Counted from the first letter of the stretch, positions 29,339 to 39,086 are shown. The stretch: 64,000 bases of DNA from Minisyncoccota bacterium (GCA_041660105.1 JBAZWZ010000001.1:523-64522); one strand, 5' to 3'. The notes: a model not told the origin generated them from the letters alone. Program-made: numbers and translations.

Positions 29339-30262
29339 TTACATCCCTGTCATTTCCGGCATCGCTATTTCCGATACAGCTTGCCCAGCCATCAGCCTGT
29401 GCTCGCTTGCGGGCATCATAAACTTCATTATTATATTATCATACAAATCGCGATCAGGAGATGAATAAAAAGCCACAGAATTATCTTTGCTCTGCTTCGA
29501 GAGAGCATTGTATTCATTTTGGCTCAAAGCAACTGGCGATAGACGCACCTGCTCGACCCAACTGTTAAATTCCTCTTGAGAGGTTGCCTTCGCAATAAAT
29601 TTCATCCCATTAAACCCAAACCCACTGTAGTTGGAAGACATACCTGCATACTCCCCCGCCTCATTCGCCATTACATGAAGCTTGGTATCCATCCCCGGCA
29701 TCGCGTAGATCTGGCCCGCGAGCTGTGGAATCCAGAAAGAATTCATAGGCGCATCGGCAGTAATTTTGAAATTGACCGGCGTCCCCACAGGGAATTCTAC
29801 GAGATTTACCGTCGCAATATTGAGCTCAGGATAAATAAAGAGCCACTTCCAATCAAGCGCGACCACCTCAATAGTTATTGGCTTCACATTTGACTCAAGC
29901 GGTTTGTATGGGTCAAGAGTATGACTGCTCGTCCACGTGATAGTAGCGAGTATGGTGATGATGACGGCAGGGATCCCCCACCAAATGATTTCGAGGACCT
30001 TATTATTTTGCCAATCGGGCATATATTTTGCCTTCGTATTGCCCGCTCTATATCTCCACACAAACGAAAAGAGCATTATAAACACGGGGATGACCACGAC
30101 GAGCATCAGGCAAATCGCGGTGACGATAAGGTTTCTCTCTTCTATCGCCAACACGCCCTTAGGGTTGAAAACCCCCATATTATGACTACCGATGTATTGC
30201 GCAAAATAAAACACCATCCCAACAATTGTAACTCCCAGAATCGCAGATAAAATCTTTTTCAT
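29339..30262 (-). CDS. cyoA: Cytochrome bo3 oxidase subunit II
   Basis: DWKWLFIYP, MNSFWIPQLAGQIYAM, no CuA Cys; start reassigned to MKKILS. Confidence 0.93.
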   Translation of the reverse strand: MKKILSAILGVTIVGMVFYFAQYIGSHNMGVFNPKGVLAIEERNLIVTAICLMLVVVIPVFIMLFSFVWRYRAGNTKAKYMPDWQNNKVLEIIWWGIPAVIITILATITWTSSHTLDPYKPLESNVKPITIEVVALDWKWLFIYPELNIATVNLVEFPVGTPVNFKITADAPMNSFWIPQLAGQIYAMPGMDTKLHVMANEAGEYAGMSSNYSGFGFNGMKFIAKATSQEEFNSWVEQVRLSPVALSQNEYNALSKQSKDNSVAFYSSPDRDLYDNIIMKFMMPASEHRLMAGQAVSEIAMPEMTGM

Positions 30263-30400
30263 TAGTTTATATTTTAGCACATTAAATACAAATAGCCACA
30301 ATAATCTCAAAAGATATACACAGTTGTCCAGATACCGTCTCTTATTGAAAAACACCAAACTATGCGGCGTTTGGTGTTTTTCGAGCTCATAGGGTGAAAA

Positions 30401-30877
30401 CTAGATGTACTTTCCCACGAGCGGGACCTGCCCCAAGAAAGTCTTTGCTCGCAAAACATTTCCAAGCGCAAACTGTTGAGCGGCTGGAGAGAGCGCTGAA
30501 AACGCAAAAATTACTGCATAAATAAAATGGTCTTCAACGATATACCCATGGGGAACAACAGGGAACGCATAGTGCGGGAAATAATAGATTATCATCATAA
30601 GTACGCCACACCACGCCGCAGGGCGAATAAACACCCCAAAGAAAAGTGCAATACCAATAAGAATAATCGCCGCGAGATTGAAGGGGTCAACCCACGCGAG
30701 ATTTGCCGGAGTTGCAAACCATGCATAAAATCCCGGAAATGTCTTTGCTCCCGCGAGGAACTTTGCCGCGGTGAACTGCGGATTAAGCGCGTTCAAAATA
30801 CCATCAAACAACATAAACCATCCGAGCGACATACGGAGCGCTACCGATGCAATCATTACTTTTTTGTTATTATCCAT
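30401..30877 (-). CDS. DoxX/DoxD family membrane protein
   Basis: LRMSLGW..F..G and IGIAL..GVFIRPA. Confidence 0.78.
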   Translation of the reverse strand: MDNNKKVMIASVALRMSLGWFMLFDGILNALNPQFTAAKFLAGAKTFPGFYAWFATPANLAWVDPFNLAAIILIGIALFFGVFIRPAAWCGVLMMIIYYFPHYAFPVVPHGYIVEDHFIYAVIFAFSALSPAAQQFALGNVLRAKTFLGQVPLVGKYI

Positions 30878-30967
30878 AATGTTAGTTATTAATTACGACA
30901 CAATATATTATACAATAAATACACCGCTCAATATACTCACCCACCCTTCGCAAACACTACTCAGCGA

Positions 30968-33900
30968 TTATTTTGATTTCGGAATATGGAGCATAAACGT
31001 AGTTCCTTGTTTTGACGAGGTGAAGGTAATAGAGCCACCGAGCTTTATCGCGACCATCTTGGCGATATAAAGTCCGAGGCCTGTCCCCTCAGGGCGCATC
31101 ATCTTCGCATTTACAGCGCGGAAGAATCGATCAAACACACGAGACTGCTCATCCTCAGGGATACCGATACCAAAGTCCTGCACAACAAATGCAACACTGT
31201 TGTCCTCTTCCACGACATCAAAAATAATTTCTGTGCATTCTGGAGAATAATTTATTGCATTAGAGAAGAGGGTCCCGAGGACGATACCGAGGAAATTCAT
31301 ATTTGACTCCACAACAGGAACTGGGTGTTTCGAAAAATGCTCGCTGATTACGATTTGCTTGCTCTTTGCGGCAGCTTCTACTCCTAGCATAAGATCGGCA
31401 TAAAGTTCCGGCAGCTCGATTGGGTTCCTTTCAAAAGCAGTCTCTGTGCTTTCTATTCGAAGAGCCGCAAGCATATCAGAGACCAGTCGGGTCATACGCT
31501 CGTTTATTTTATAGATATCATCAAGATACTCTTTTTGTTTTTTTGTCAGTGGGCCGGGGATTTTCTTCTCAAGTGTTTCAATAAGCCATTTGGTGCCTGA
31601 GAGCGGAGTACGGAGCTGATGCGAAGCAAGAGAGAGGAAGTCAGAGCGCATCTTTTCAACTTCTTTTGCCCTCGTGACATCTTGTGCGGTTCCCTGCACG
31701 CCAATAAAGTTGTGCGCCTCGTCGTACTTTGCTTCTCCGCGTATGTTAACCCATTTCCTGACCCCATCAGGACGCACAAACTCGAGGTCCAAGCTATATG
31801 ACTCACCTGTTTTTATTATATTTTCCACCGATCTTTTCATCAAAGCTGAACTTTCTGGTGTATACAATTGCAAATATTCAGCAAGGGGGAGTGCCTTCTC
31901 TGATGGGTCTATGCCATATATGTGATAAAATTCTTCAGACCACACCGCGACGTCTGTCCTAGAATCCCAATCAAAACTACCGAAGTGTCCGATACGCTGC
32001 GCCTCTAGAAGCTCGCGCTCATTTTCGCGAAGTTCCTCCTCTGTTTTTTTGCGGTCTTCGAGAAGGCGAATGCGATCAAAGGCAACTGCTATATGGCTCG
32101 CCATCGCAACGAGATATTCTTGTTCAGATTTAGAGGGCACTTTCACACCCTCATCTCCAAACGTCCCCATCCCAATACTCCCCAGGTTGCGGTCAAAGAG
32201 GACAACCGGCACATTCACCAGCGTTCTGTTTTTCATTTTTTCGACAATCTCTCTATTTACATTTGGATCTGTCTGTGCGTCCTCAACAATCACAATCTCT
32301 TTTGCGTTTGCAATTGCTTCGAGCATCGGATCTCCTTCAATCTTGAGTGTCGCTGACACATCTTCCGACATAACCATGCCTGCGGTTGACCCCGTAGCAA
32401 CAATGGAGTGGGCATATTTCTTGTCCTCATCCAAGCGATACGCCCATACATTTGTGTATCCCATTACATCTTGTATCTCTTTTTGAGCTGCTTGAAGTGC
32501 ATCCCCGTATGTCCGCGCCTGCTCAAGGTCTCGCGAGAAACGAAGGAGGGATTGTGAGTGCTCTTGCTGTTCTTTCAATTCATCCTCAGCACGCTTACGC
32601 TCAGTAATATCTGTCACCATCCCATAAGACCCCATAAACTCTTTTTCTTTACTAAAGACTGGTACTGCAGAAATACTGCAAACGACGACACCTCCGTTTT
32701 TGTGAAGGAATTTTCGTTCGTAAATAGCTGACTTTCCTTGACGTCGTTCCTCATATTGACGCTCCTCGTCAGCATGTTCACTAGTATCAATAAACTCAAG
32801 GAGATCATGAAGGAGCATCTCTTTCGATTCGTATCCAAGCACATCTAGTATTCGTTTGTTTACAAACGTAAACTTGCGCCCCTGATCAAGCATCCAAATC
32901 CCTTCATTCGCAGTTTCAATGATACGGCTGTATTTCTCCTCGCTCTTTTGGAGCTCATGATATGCCAATAATATCCCGAGCGCATCGGCAATCCTGCGAC
33001 CAACTTCCTGAAAAAGTCTTTTCTCCTCAGTGGTCCACACACGCTCGTATGAGCACTGGTGCATCCCCACCATCCACGACGCTGCAACTCTGGGATGGAT
33101 TTCCATTACGAGTTGCGACTGAACTTGAAAATGAGTGGTGAGTTCTGGAGGAAGTGGCGGATTGGACTGTGAATTAAATACCACGGGGCCATCGTGCGCG
33201 CGAGTCGTTTGGAAGAGAACAGTCGTATCAGGGTCCACAGGGACTTCTATCCCAAAGGAACTTGCTCCTGGGTATTCTGGCTTCGTCCTTTCCATCGGCA
33301 CTTTATAGGAGAGGGTCCAAGGGTCACACGGAGTGATGAGCCATGCACGGTCGCAGTCGAAAATACGAAGCACTTCATCCAGTACATCGCTCATCATTTT
33401 ATCAAGATCATCAGATTTAATAATTACCTTATTGACTCTGTCCATACTCTCCATAAACCTAGTGTTCGCTTTGTGCTCCTCCTCAGAAATTATACGATCA
33501 GTAAGGTCCTCAAAGGTTACGACATTTCTATTTTCAAGAGAAGAAAGCGCAACTCTAACATAGCGGATTGTTCCATCCTTACACGTAACAGAAGTTTCTG
33601 GCGGCGCTGATTTTGTCTTTCCATTTGTTGCTTCTGCGATTCCTTGTGCAAATTTATCACGGGCGATTTGTCGATCTTCCTCGTTTGGATATGCCGCTGC
33701 CCACCAATGCTCTACGTCAGGAATATCTTCTATCGTATACCCAAAAAGCTCTGTGAACTTTTTGTTCATAATGAGCACCCTTTCTATACCGTCCTCAACA
33801 GTGTCAACAATAGTTGCGACGGGAGATTCTTCAATAATATTTCTTAGATTTTCCTCGGCCTCGCGACACACTTTCTCCGTTTGTTTGCTCTCAGTAATGT

Positions 33901-35146
33901 CCATAATAGCCCCCACGAGCCCTGCAGGCAAACCCTCTTCGTCAACAAACACTGCTTTACTGAAATGCACATCGTGCACGTTCTTGTCATAACCTTTAAC
34001 TTGAGAATCATATTCCTGCACACCACCACTCTTAAAAAGTTCATCGTCTTTTGCGTTATAAACAATCGCAAGCTCTGGCGGATTGATATCAAAAACCGTT
34101 TTCCCAATAAGTTTGTCTTTTGTAGCACCAAAGAAATTCTCGTATGCCTTATTGAAGCCGAGGTATCGCCCCACTCTATCTTTATAAAAGACAGGTACAG
34201 GGATAGCGTTGAGGAGCGTGGTGAGAAATGTATCATTCTCGCGTAATTTTTCCTCTGCCAGCTGGCGTCTGACAATATCTTGCTGGAGGGCAAACGACAT
34301 GTCTGAAAGTTTTTCATATGGCTCTTGAATCAAGACTATAAAAATCCCTTCATAAAGAAAGATGAATGCAGCAAACCTAAAAAGATGAGCGAGTACATTA
34401 AGCGTGTCGTATTGTGTAAACAAAAGGAACAGGAGAACATTGCTCATGAGAAGGAGAGTAAACGCAGCAAGATAGAGAAGATAAACTCTATTTTTTTCAT
34501 TTAGGTACATCCTCAGATACATAACATACGCAAGAATGAGCAATACTACAACAACCCCCTCAAGAACAAACGCGAGGGTTGTTGCACCCGTCCCATCAAT
34601 AAAGATAACGGGAAGTGAACTCTCAAAAAAAGTTACCCCGAGAATTACTGAGCTTGCGATAAGAAATGGGGCCGAAAATACAACTATTTTCCATAACCTG
34701 AACTTAGCGGGAATTCGTGAAATAAATGTACTAAGAAGGAAAGCAGCCAAAAAAAGAAGCTGTCCCATTATCCAAAATATAAGGGTTTTATTATTTGTAC
34801 TTGGCGTAATAAACATCGGCATTCCAGGGAACCCGAGGATATCCATCATATCAAGCATCCCGAAACCAATGAATGAGCTCGTTAAGAAAAAAAGATGTTC
34901 ATCACGGGAATGGAGATAGTGGAATACGCCAACCATAAAAATCGCGAATGAAATAACAATGGTAACAAGCTCAATGAAATCATGAAACAAGAGGTATGAA
35001 GCAGAACTAAAAACTATATAAAATTGTTCACTGAAAAACCATGCAATGAGTATGATCGCTAGGGGAACGAGCAAAGTTGCCACGAGAAACTGAACTGGTG
35101 AGGTAAGCTTCTTTGTTTCTTCTGGCGCTGTTTTGATTGGGGGCAT
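30968..35146 (-). CDS. MASE3-PAS-GAF sensor histidine kinase
   Basis: N-terminal TM bundle (FHDFIEL), several PAS/PAC (DITE) and GAF domains, SHQLRTP, NAINYS, GTGLGL. Confidence 0.9.
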   Translation of the reverse strand: MPPIKTAPEETKKLTSPVQFLVATLLVPLAIILIAWFFSEQFYIVFSSASYLLFHDFIELVTIVISFAIFMVGVFHYLHSRDEHLFFLTSSFIGFGMLDMMDILGFPGMPMFITPSTNNKTLIFWIMGQLLFLAAFLLSTFISRIPAKFRLWKIVVFSAPFLIASSVILGVTFFESSLPVIFIDGTGATTLAFVLEGVVVVLLILAYVMYLRMYLNEKNRVYLLYLAAFTLLLMSNVLLFLLFTQYDTLNVLAHLFRFAAFIFLYEGIFIVLIQEPYEKLSDMSFALQQDIVRRQLAEEKLRENDTFLTTLLNAIPVPVFYKDRVGRYLGFNKAYENFFGATKDKLIGKTVFDINPPELAIVYNAKDDELFKSGGVQEYDSQVKGYDKNVHDVHFSKAVFVDEEGLPAGLVGAIMDITESKQTEKVCREAEENLRNIIEESPVATIVDTVEDGIERVLIMNKKFTELFGYTIEDIPDVEHWWAAAYPNEEDRQIARDKFAQGIAEATNGKTKSAPPETSVTCKDGTIRYVRVALSSLENRNVVTFEDLTDRIISEEEHKANTRFMESMDRVNKVIIKSDDLDKMMSDVLDEVLRIFDCDRAWLITPCDPWTLSYKVPMERTKPEYPGASSFGIEVPVDPDTTVLFQTTRAHDGPVVFNSQSNPPLPPELTTHFQVQSQLVMEIHPRVAASWMVGMHQCSYERVWTTEEKRLFQEVGRRIADALGILLAYHELQKSEEKYSRIIETANEGIWMLDQGRKFTFVNKRILDVLGYESKEMLLHDLLEFIDTSEHADEERQYEERRQGKSAIYERKFLHKNGGVVVCSISAVPVFSKEKEFMGSYGMVTDITERKRAEDELKEQQEHSQSLLRFSRDLEQARTYGDALQAAQKEIQDVMGYTNVWAYRLDEDKKYAHSIVATGSTAGMVMSEDVSATLKIEGDPMLEAIANAKEIVIVEDAQTDPNVNREIVEKMKNRTLVNVPVVLFDRNLGSIGMGTFGDEGVKVPSKSEQEYLVAMASHIAVAFDRIRLLEDRKKTEEELRENERELLEAQRIGHFGSFDWDSRTDVAVWSEEFYHIYGIDPSEKALPLAEYLQLYTPESSALMKRSVENIIKTGESYSLDLEFVRPDGVRKWVNIRGEAKYDEAHNFIGVQGTAQDVTRAKEVEKMRSDFLSLASHQLRTPLSGTKWLIETLEKKIPGPLTKKQKEYLDDIYKINERMTRLVSDMLAALRIESTETAFERNPIELPELYADLMLGVEAAAKSKQIVISEHFSKHPVPVVESNMNFLGIVLGTLFSNAINYSPECTEIIFDVVEEDNSVAFVVQDFGIGIPEDEQSRVFDRFFRAVNAKMMRPEGTGLGLYIAKMVAIKLGGSITFTSSKQGTTFMLHIPKSK

Positions 35147-35281
35147 ATAGGTACTAAAAATAATATACCTATATTCTACTATTTTTATGAATATAATGAA
35201 ACAAGTAACGTGCAAAATTAAACAAAAGAGCCGAGCACCAGTACTGGTGCTCGGCTCTTTTACTTAATTTCGCACCACCCC

Positions 35282-36568
35282 CTACTTAAAAACTTCTGCC
35301 CACCATTCTGCAAATGCATTTCCCCACGACGGCGTCTTGCCCTTACCCCAGAAGAAGAGATTCTTGTAACGCATTTTGAGGAAGAAGTTGCGGCGACCAA
35401 AGCGAAGCTCCTGCGTAGGCCCTCCATACCAAGAGTTGGAACGGATGTAGAACGCCTTTCCATCACCCATATCTCCGATGCAGAGCACGACGGGGTTGAG
35501 AGGGATGTTTGCCTTCTCAGGGGTCATACGACCCACAGCAGCCGCGATTTGGCGACCAACGATTTCACATTCCTCGTGTCCGATTGAGCCGAGCTTTGGC
35601 ACCGTCACTGCTGCGCAGTCCCCCGCTGCAAAAACTTCAGGGTATTTTGGATTGCGCATCAAGAGGTCAGTAATCACAAATCCTTGATTGTCAGAAATTG
35701 AATTCCCCTTGAGAAATGCGTATGCCTCCCAATCAGGAAAAATGATTTTAATTTCCGCTTCAATCTTTTGCCCTCCCTCAAACTCGATGTGTGTCTCTGT
35801 GAGGCGCACGATATCGCGTGTGTTATTCACATAGTTAAATCCCATTGAGCCCGCAGCACCAAGAAGCGTCCCCACCACCTTCTCTCCCGCGTCTTCCGCA
35901 ATCACTGCAGCTGGCGTCGTGATGGTAATCTTCTTCGCGTCTCCCATATTGTGATTCTTGAGCCATGTCGCAAGGGCAAGTGATGTCTCTACGGTCGGAC
36001 CTTCGCATGCAGCGAGTGCCGCGGGGATACTTCCTGTTCCGTAAGGCTTCAAATTCTTCGCGCCATCACCCTGATGCCAGAGTGCAGAACCGACAACGAT
36101 AGGTCCGCCTTTATACCCCCCACCGTGAAGCTTCTTGCGAAGGCGATTTGCATGATAGAAGTCAGACACCGTATCGCCGTATTCAGCGAAGCCTGGAATC
36201 TTGTCAAAAGCGAGACGACACCCCACTGCGACCACCACGTAGTCATATTGAAGTGTGTGTGCTTCTGCTCCAGGACGCTCCGTCGGCACGTAGGTCACGG
36301 TCTTCGCATCAGCGTTGAGCCCCGTTACTTCTGCTTGGATAAAATTAATTCCATCCCTCTTGAGAGTCGACGGGATATCCATCTTGAGCGAATCTTCTGG
36401 GTCTCTGTTTTCGAAAACTTCGTTCGGAATATTTGGAACGAAGATCAAATAATCCTTGCGATCAATGACCGTGATGTCAACCGCATCTCCCGCATACTCA
36501 CGAACTTTCTGGGCACTTCCCATTCCTGCGAAGTTCCCGCCGAGCACAACCACGTGGGGCTTTTTCAT
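35282..36568 (-). CDS. sqr: Sulfide:quinone oxidoreductase-like flavoprotein
   Basis: Rossmann VVLGGNFAG, ACEGP and LCIGDMG Cys motifs, VFAAGD. Confidence 0.8.
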   Translation of the reverse strand: MKKPHVVVLGGNFAGMGSAQKVREYAGDAVDITVIDRKDYLIFVPNIPNEVFENRDPEDSLKMDIPSTLKRDGINFIQAEVTGLNADAKTVTYVPTERPGAEAHTLQYDYVVVAVGCRLAFDKIPGFAEYGDTVSDFYHANRLRKKLHGGGYKGGPIVVGSALWHQGDGAKNLKPYGTGSIPAALAACEGPTVETSLALATWLKNHNMGDAKKITITTPAAVIAEDAGEKVVGTLLGAAGSMGFNYVNNTRDIVRLTETHIEFEGGQKIEAEIKIIFPDWEAYAFLKGNSISDNQGFVITDLLMRNPKYPEVFAAGDCAAVTVPKLGSIGHEECEIVGRQIAAAVGRMTPEKANIPLNPVVLCIGDMGDGKAFYIRSNSWYGGPTQELRFGRRNFFLKMRYKNLFFWGKGKTPSWGNAFAEWWAEVFK

Positions 36569-36700
36569 ATTAAAGATATTTTAAGAACACTTGCCAGTAA
36601 TGTACATATTATACAGTAACTGCGGGCCAACTTACAACAGACACCGCGTGTGCCGAAGGCCACGCGGTGTTTGTTGTAAGTTGGCAATAGTAAACAATTA

Positions 36701-36919
36701 CTAACTAATTTTCCCCTCTTCTTCCTTCCTTGTCGAGATACCACATATTGTATAGAGCCCACAAAAACTCATCACGCTCGTAATCACGAGGACGCCCGCG
36801 AGAACGAGGAGCACTATCCCGAGTGTCCCGGTCACCGTGTTGGTGAAGTAAAGTCCTACAAAAACAAGTGCAAGAACGAGCCTAATTCCCCTATCCACAT
36901 TTCCAATATTTTTCTTCAT
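36701..36919 (-). CDS. DUF2892 (YgaP-like) membrane protein
   Basis: MKKNIGNVDR.IR, FCGLY...GIST. Confidence 0.9.
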   Translation of the reverse strand: MKKNIGNVDRGIRLVLALVFVGLYFTNTVTGTLGIVLLVLAGVLVITSVMSFCGLYTICGISTRKEEEGKIS

Positions 36920-36983
36920 ATATTTTAAATTAAATTACCTAATGGACTCCCCTATAATTATACCCTTATTTTTCAAACAATGA

Positions 36984-37430
36984 TTAATTGTTATCCACAG
37001 CCTCCTTCTTCTCCTCTAAGTCGAGACAAACAGAATTCATGCAATACCTCTGCCCTGTCGCTGTCGGACCATCGTTAAAGAGGTGCCCGAGATGCGAGCC
37101 ACAACGAGCACATTGTACCTCGGTACGCAACATCCCACCGCTCATATCTTCGACAAGCCTCACTGCCCCAGGGAGCGCATCTGAATCAGCAGGTTCACGT
37201 CTTGGACGCAAAAAAGATGGCCACCCTGTCCCCGAGTCAAACTTCGCATCAGATGCAAAGAGCGGATTGCCGCACGCTACACATCGATAGACCCCCTCGC
37301 GATCATCGTGCAGAAGCTTGCCTGAGAACGGCGCCTCAGTCCCCTTCTCGCGCAAAACGTGATATGCCTCAGGTGAAAGTTTCTTCTTCAGCTCTTCATC
37401 GTCCATTGACGGGGAGAAATCATCTTGCAT
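36984..37430 (-). CDS. msrB: Methionine-R-sulfoxide reductase
   Basis: [30 protein letters not shown]. Confidence 0.96.
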   Translation of the reverse strand: MQDDFSPSMDDEELKKKLSPEAYHVLREKGTEAPFSGKLLHDDREGVYRCVACGNPLFASDAKFDSGTGWPSFLRPRREPADSDALPGAVRLVEDMSGGMLRTEVQCARCGSHLGHLFNDGPTATGQRYCMNSVCLDLEEKKEAVDNN

Positions 37431-37445
37431 AGTATTAATTAATAA

Positions 37446-37997
37446 TTACTTAACCGTTTTTAAAAGTTCTGTAAATTCTTTCTGTACCTTCTCAAGCTTC
37501 GGATTGATAATCATTTTGCAATATCCATTATTCACATTGTGTGCGTAATAATCTTTGTGACATTCCTCCGCAGGATAAAACGTTGAGAAATGCTCGACCG
37601 CAGTCACCACCGCTTCGCTATTGGTGGCTCCGTTATCAAGATCCTTAATAAATTTTGATGCTTCGTATTCTTGTTCAGGAGTTGTATAAAAAATTACTGA
37701 ACGATATTGTGTCCCAATGTCATTGCCTTGTCTGTTGAGTGTTGTGGGATCGTGTGAAGCAAAGAAAATAGTGAGGAGCGTATGAAAAGAAACGAGCGCA
37801 GGGTCAAACTCGATACGAACAACCTCAGCGTGCCCCGTTTCTCCCAATGAAACTTGCTCATACGTTGGATTTTCCGTTTTTCCTCCTGCGTATCCTGGTG
37901 TGACCGAAATCACCCCACGAAACATCTTAAACACCGCCTCAACACACCAAAAACACCCACCACCAAATACTACCACTTCCGTCTTTTGAGTTTCCAT
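37446..37997 (-). CDS. msrA: Methionine-S-sulfoxide reductase
   Basis: GGCFWC, GHAEVV, RQGNDIGTQYRS; start reassigned to METQ. Confidence 0.96.
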   Translation of the reverse strand: METQKTEVVVFGGGCFWCVEAVFKMFRGVISVTPGYAGGKTENPTYEQVSLGETGHAEVVRIEFDPALVSFHTLLTIFFASHDPTTLNRQGNDIGTQYRSVIFYTTPEQEYEASKFIKDLDNGATNSEAVVTAVEHFSTFYPAEECHKDYYAHNVNNGYCKMIINPKLEKVQKEFTELLKTVK

Positions 37998-38189
37998 ATT
38001 ATTACTAATAGTATACCCCCACCCCAACTTTTAATACAGTACTTCACTACCACTACTATTATCGTCCACAATACCCCACTTCTCTCCTTTCTCCTCTCTT
38101 TTCTATTTCCTGAATAAATAGTTTTGAGATTTGTTTTTTCTTTTGAGCTTTCTTTTCCCTCTGTCCTTCTTTTTACTCTTTCTATCCTT

Positions 38190-38231
38190 AGAATTTCCAA
38201 TCGTGCCCTATAGTACCAAATTGGAAATTCT
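38190..38231. repeat. Imperfect CTATAG-centred palindrome downstream of the PaaX/Cas2-like gene
   Basis: AGAATTTCCAAT...CTATAG...ATTGGAAATTCT; 22 bp identical to the 38934 palindrome. Confidence 0.85.
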
Positions 38232-38308
38232 GAAGGTAGAGAAAAAAGAAAATTAGAGTCTCAAATCAACCACTCCGTCGGCTTGCCACAGGGTGGTTGA
38301 TTTGAGAT

Positions 38309-38863
38309 TTAGATTTTGAAATGCTTTTTAATACTACCTACGTCCTCTACTTCCTTCGCGGTTATGATGCGAATATACTTGCGTACATCAAAACACTCAC
38401 CCGCAAAATCAATAACATCTGCACAAGGAAATGGGGTGATGAACACTGACTTCTGGTACTGGAGACACCCAAGTTTTTGAATAGCGTGTCCAATAGCGCG
38501 TCGCGCAAACTTCTTATCCTCAGGAATATCAAACATAACAATTCTCCACAAGCCATCCCACTTTTTTTGACGCATGATAGTCATCGACTTTAGCTTACTG
38601 CGCATTGCGCGCTCTTTGCCTGCTGCTGTTAAGACATAGTACTCTACTCCCTGCATCTTTCTTTTCCCTAAGTAGCCACGCTTCTCGAGTCGATCAGCCG
38701 ATCTCCGAATCCTCCACTGTTCTTGTGATGACTTTGGTCCAAAATATTTAAAGAGCTGAACTGCATTTGGCATCGTGACAGCGACCGCAAGCACCCCCAC
38801 CACCAAAAGTGTTGAAAGTAATATCTCAACAACATCTTCCTTTGTTGTATCTTTGAGTGCCAT
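38309..38863 (-). CDS. PaaX-like protein: wHTH plus Cas2-like domain
   Basis: RLEKRGY..LTAAG wHTH wing; WDGLWRIVMFDIPE...LG...QKSVF Cas2/PaaX_M signature. Confidence 0.82.
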   Translation of the reverse strand: MALKDTTKEDVVEILLSTLLVVGVLAVAVTMPNAVQLFKYFGPKSSQEQWRIRRSADRLEKRGYLGKRKMQGVEYYVLTAAGKERAMRSKLKSMTIMRQKKWDGLWRIVMFDIPEDKKFARRAIGHAIQKLGCLQYQKSVFITPFPCADVIDFAGECFDVRKYIRIITAKEVEDVGSIKKHFKI

Positions 38864-38933
38864 AGTTAATAGTTATAAATAGTTGCATTATATGCATCTG
38901 TTACATTACTTGCATCTGTTACATTAAGAATAG

Positions 38934-38977
38934 CATAATTTCCAATTTGGTACTATAGTACCAAATTGGAAATTATG
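38934..38977. repeat. Perfect 44-bp palindrome upstream of the PaaX/Cas2-like gene
   Basis: CATAATTTCCAATTTGGTACTA|TAGTACCAAATTGGAAATTATG. Confidence 0.95.
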
Positions 38978-39086
38978 GAAATAAGGGAACAAGAAAGGAG
39001 AACAGAGTGGTGTGGTGGGCGGGGAAATACCCTTGCGCATTTTTTACAATAAAGAAAACTCTGCACAAGCAGAGTTTTCCTTTGTC

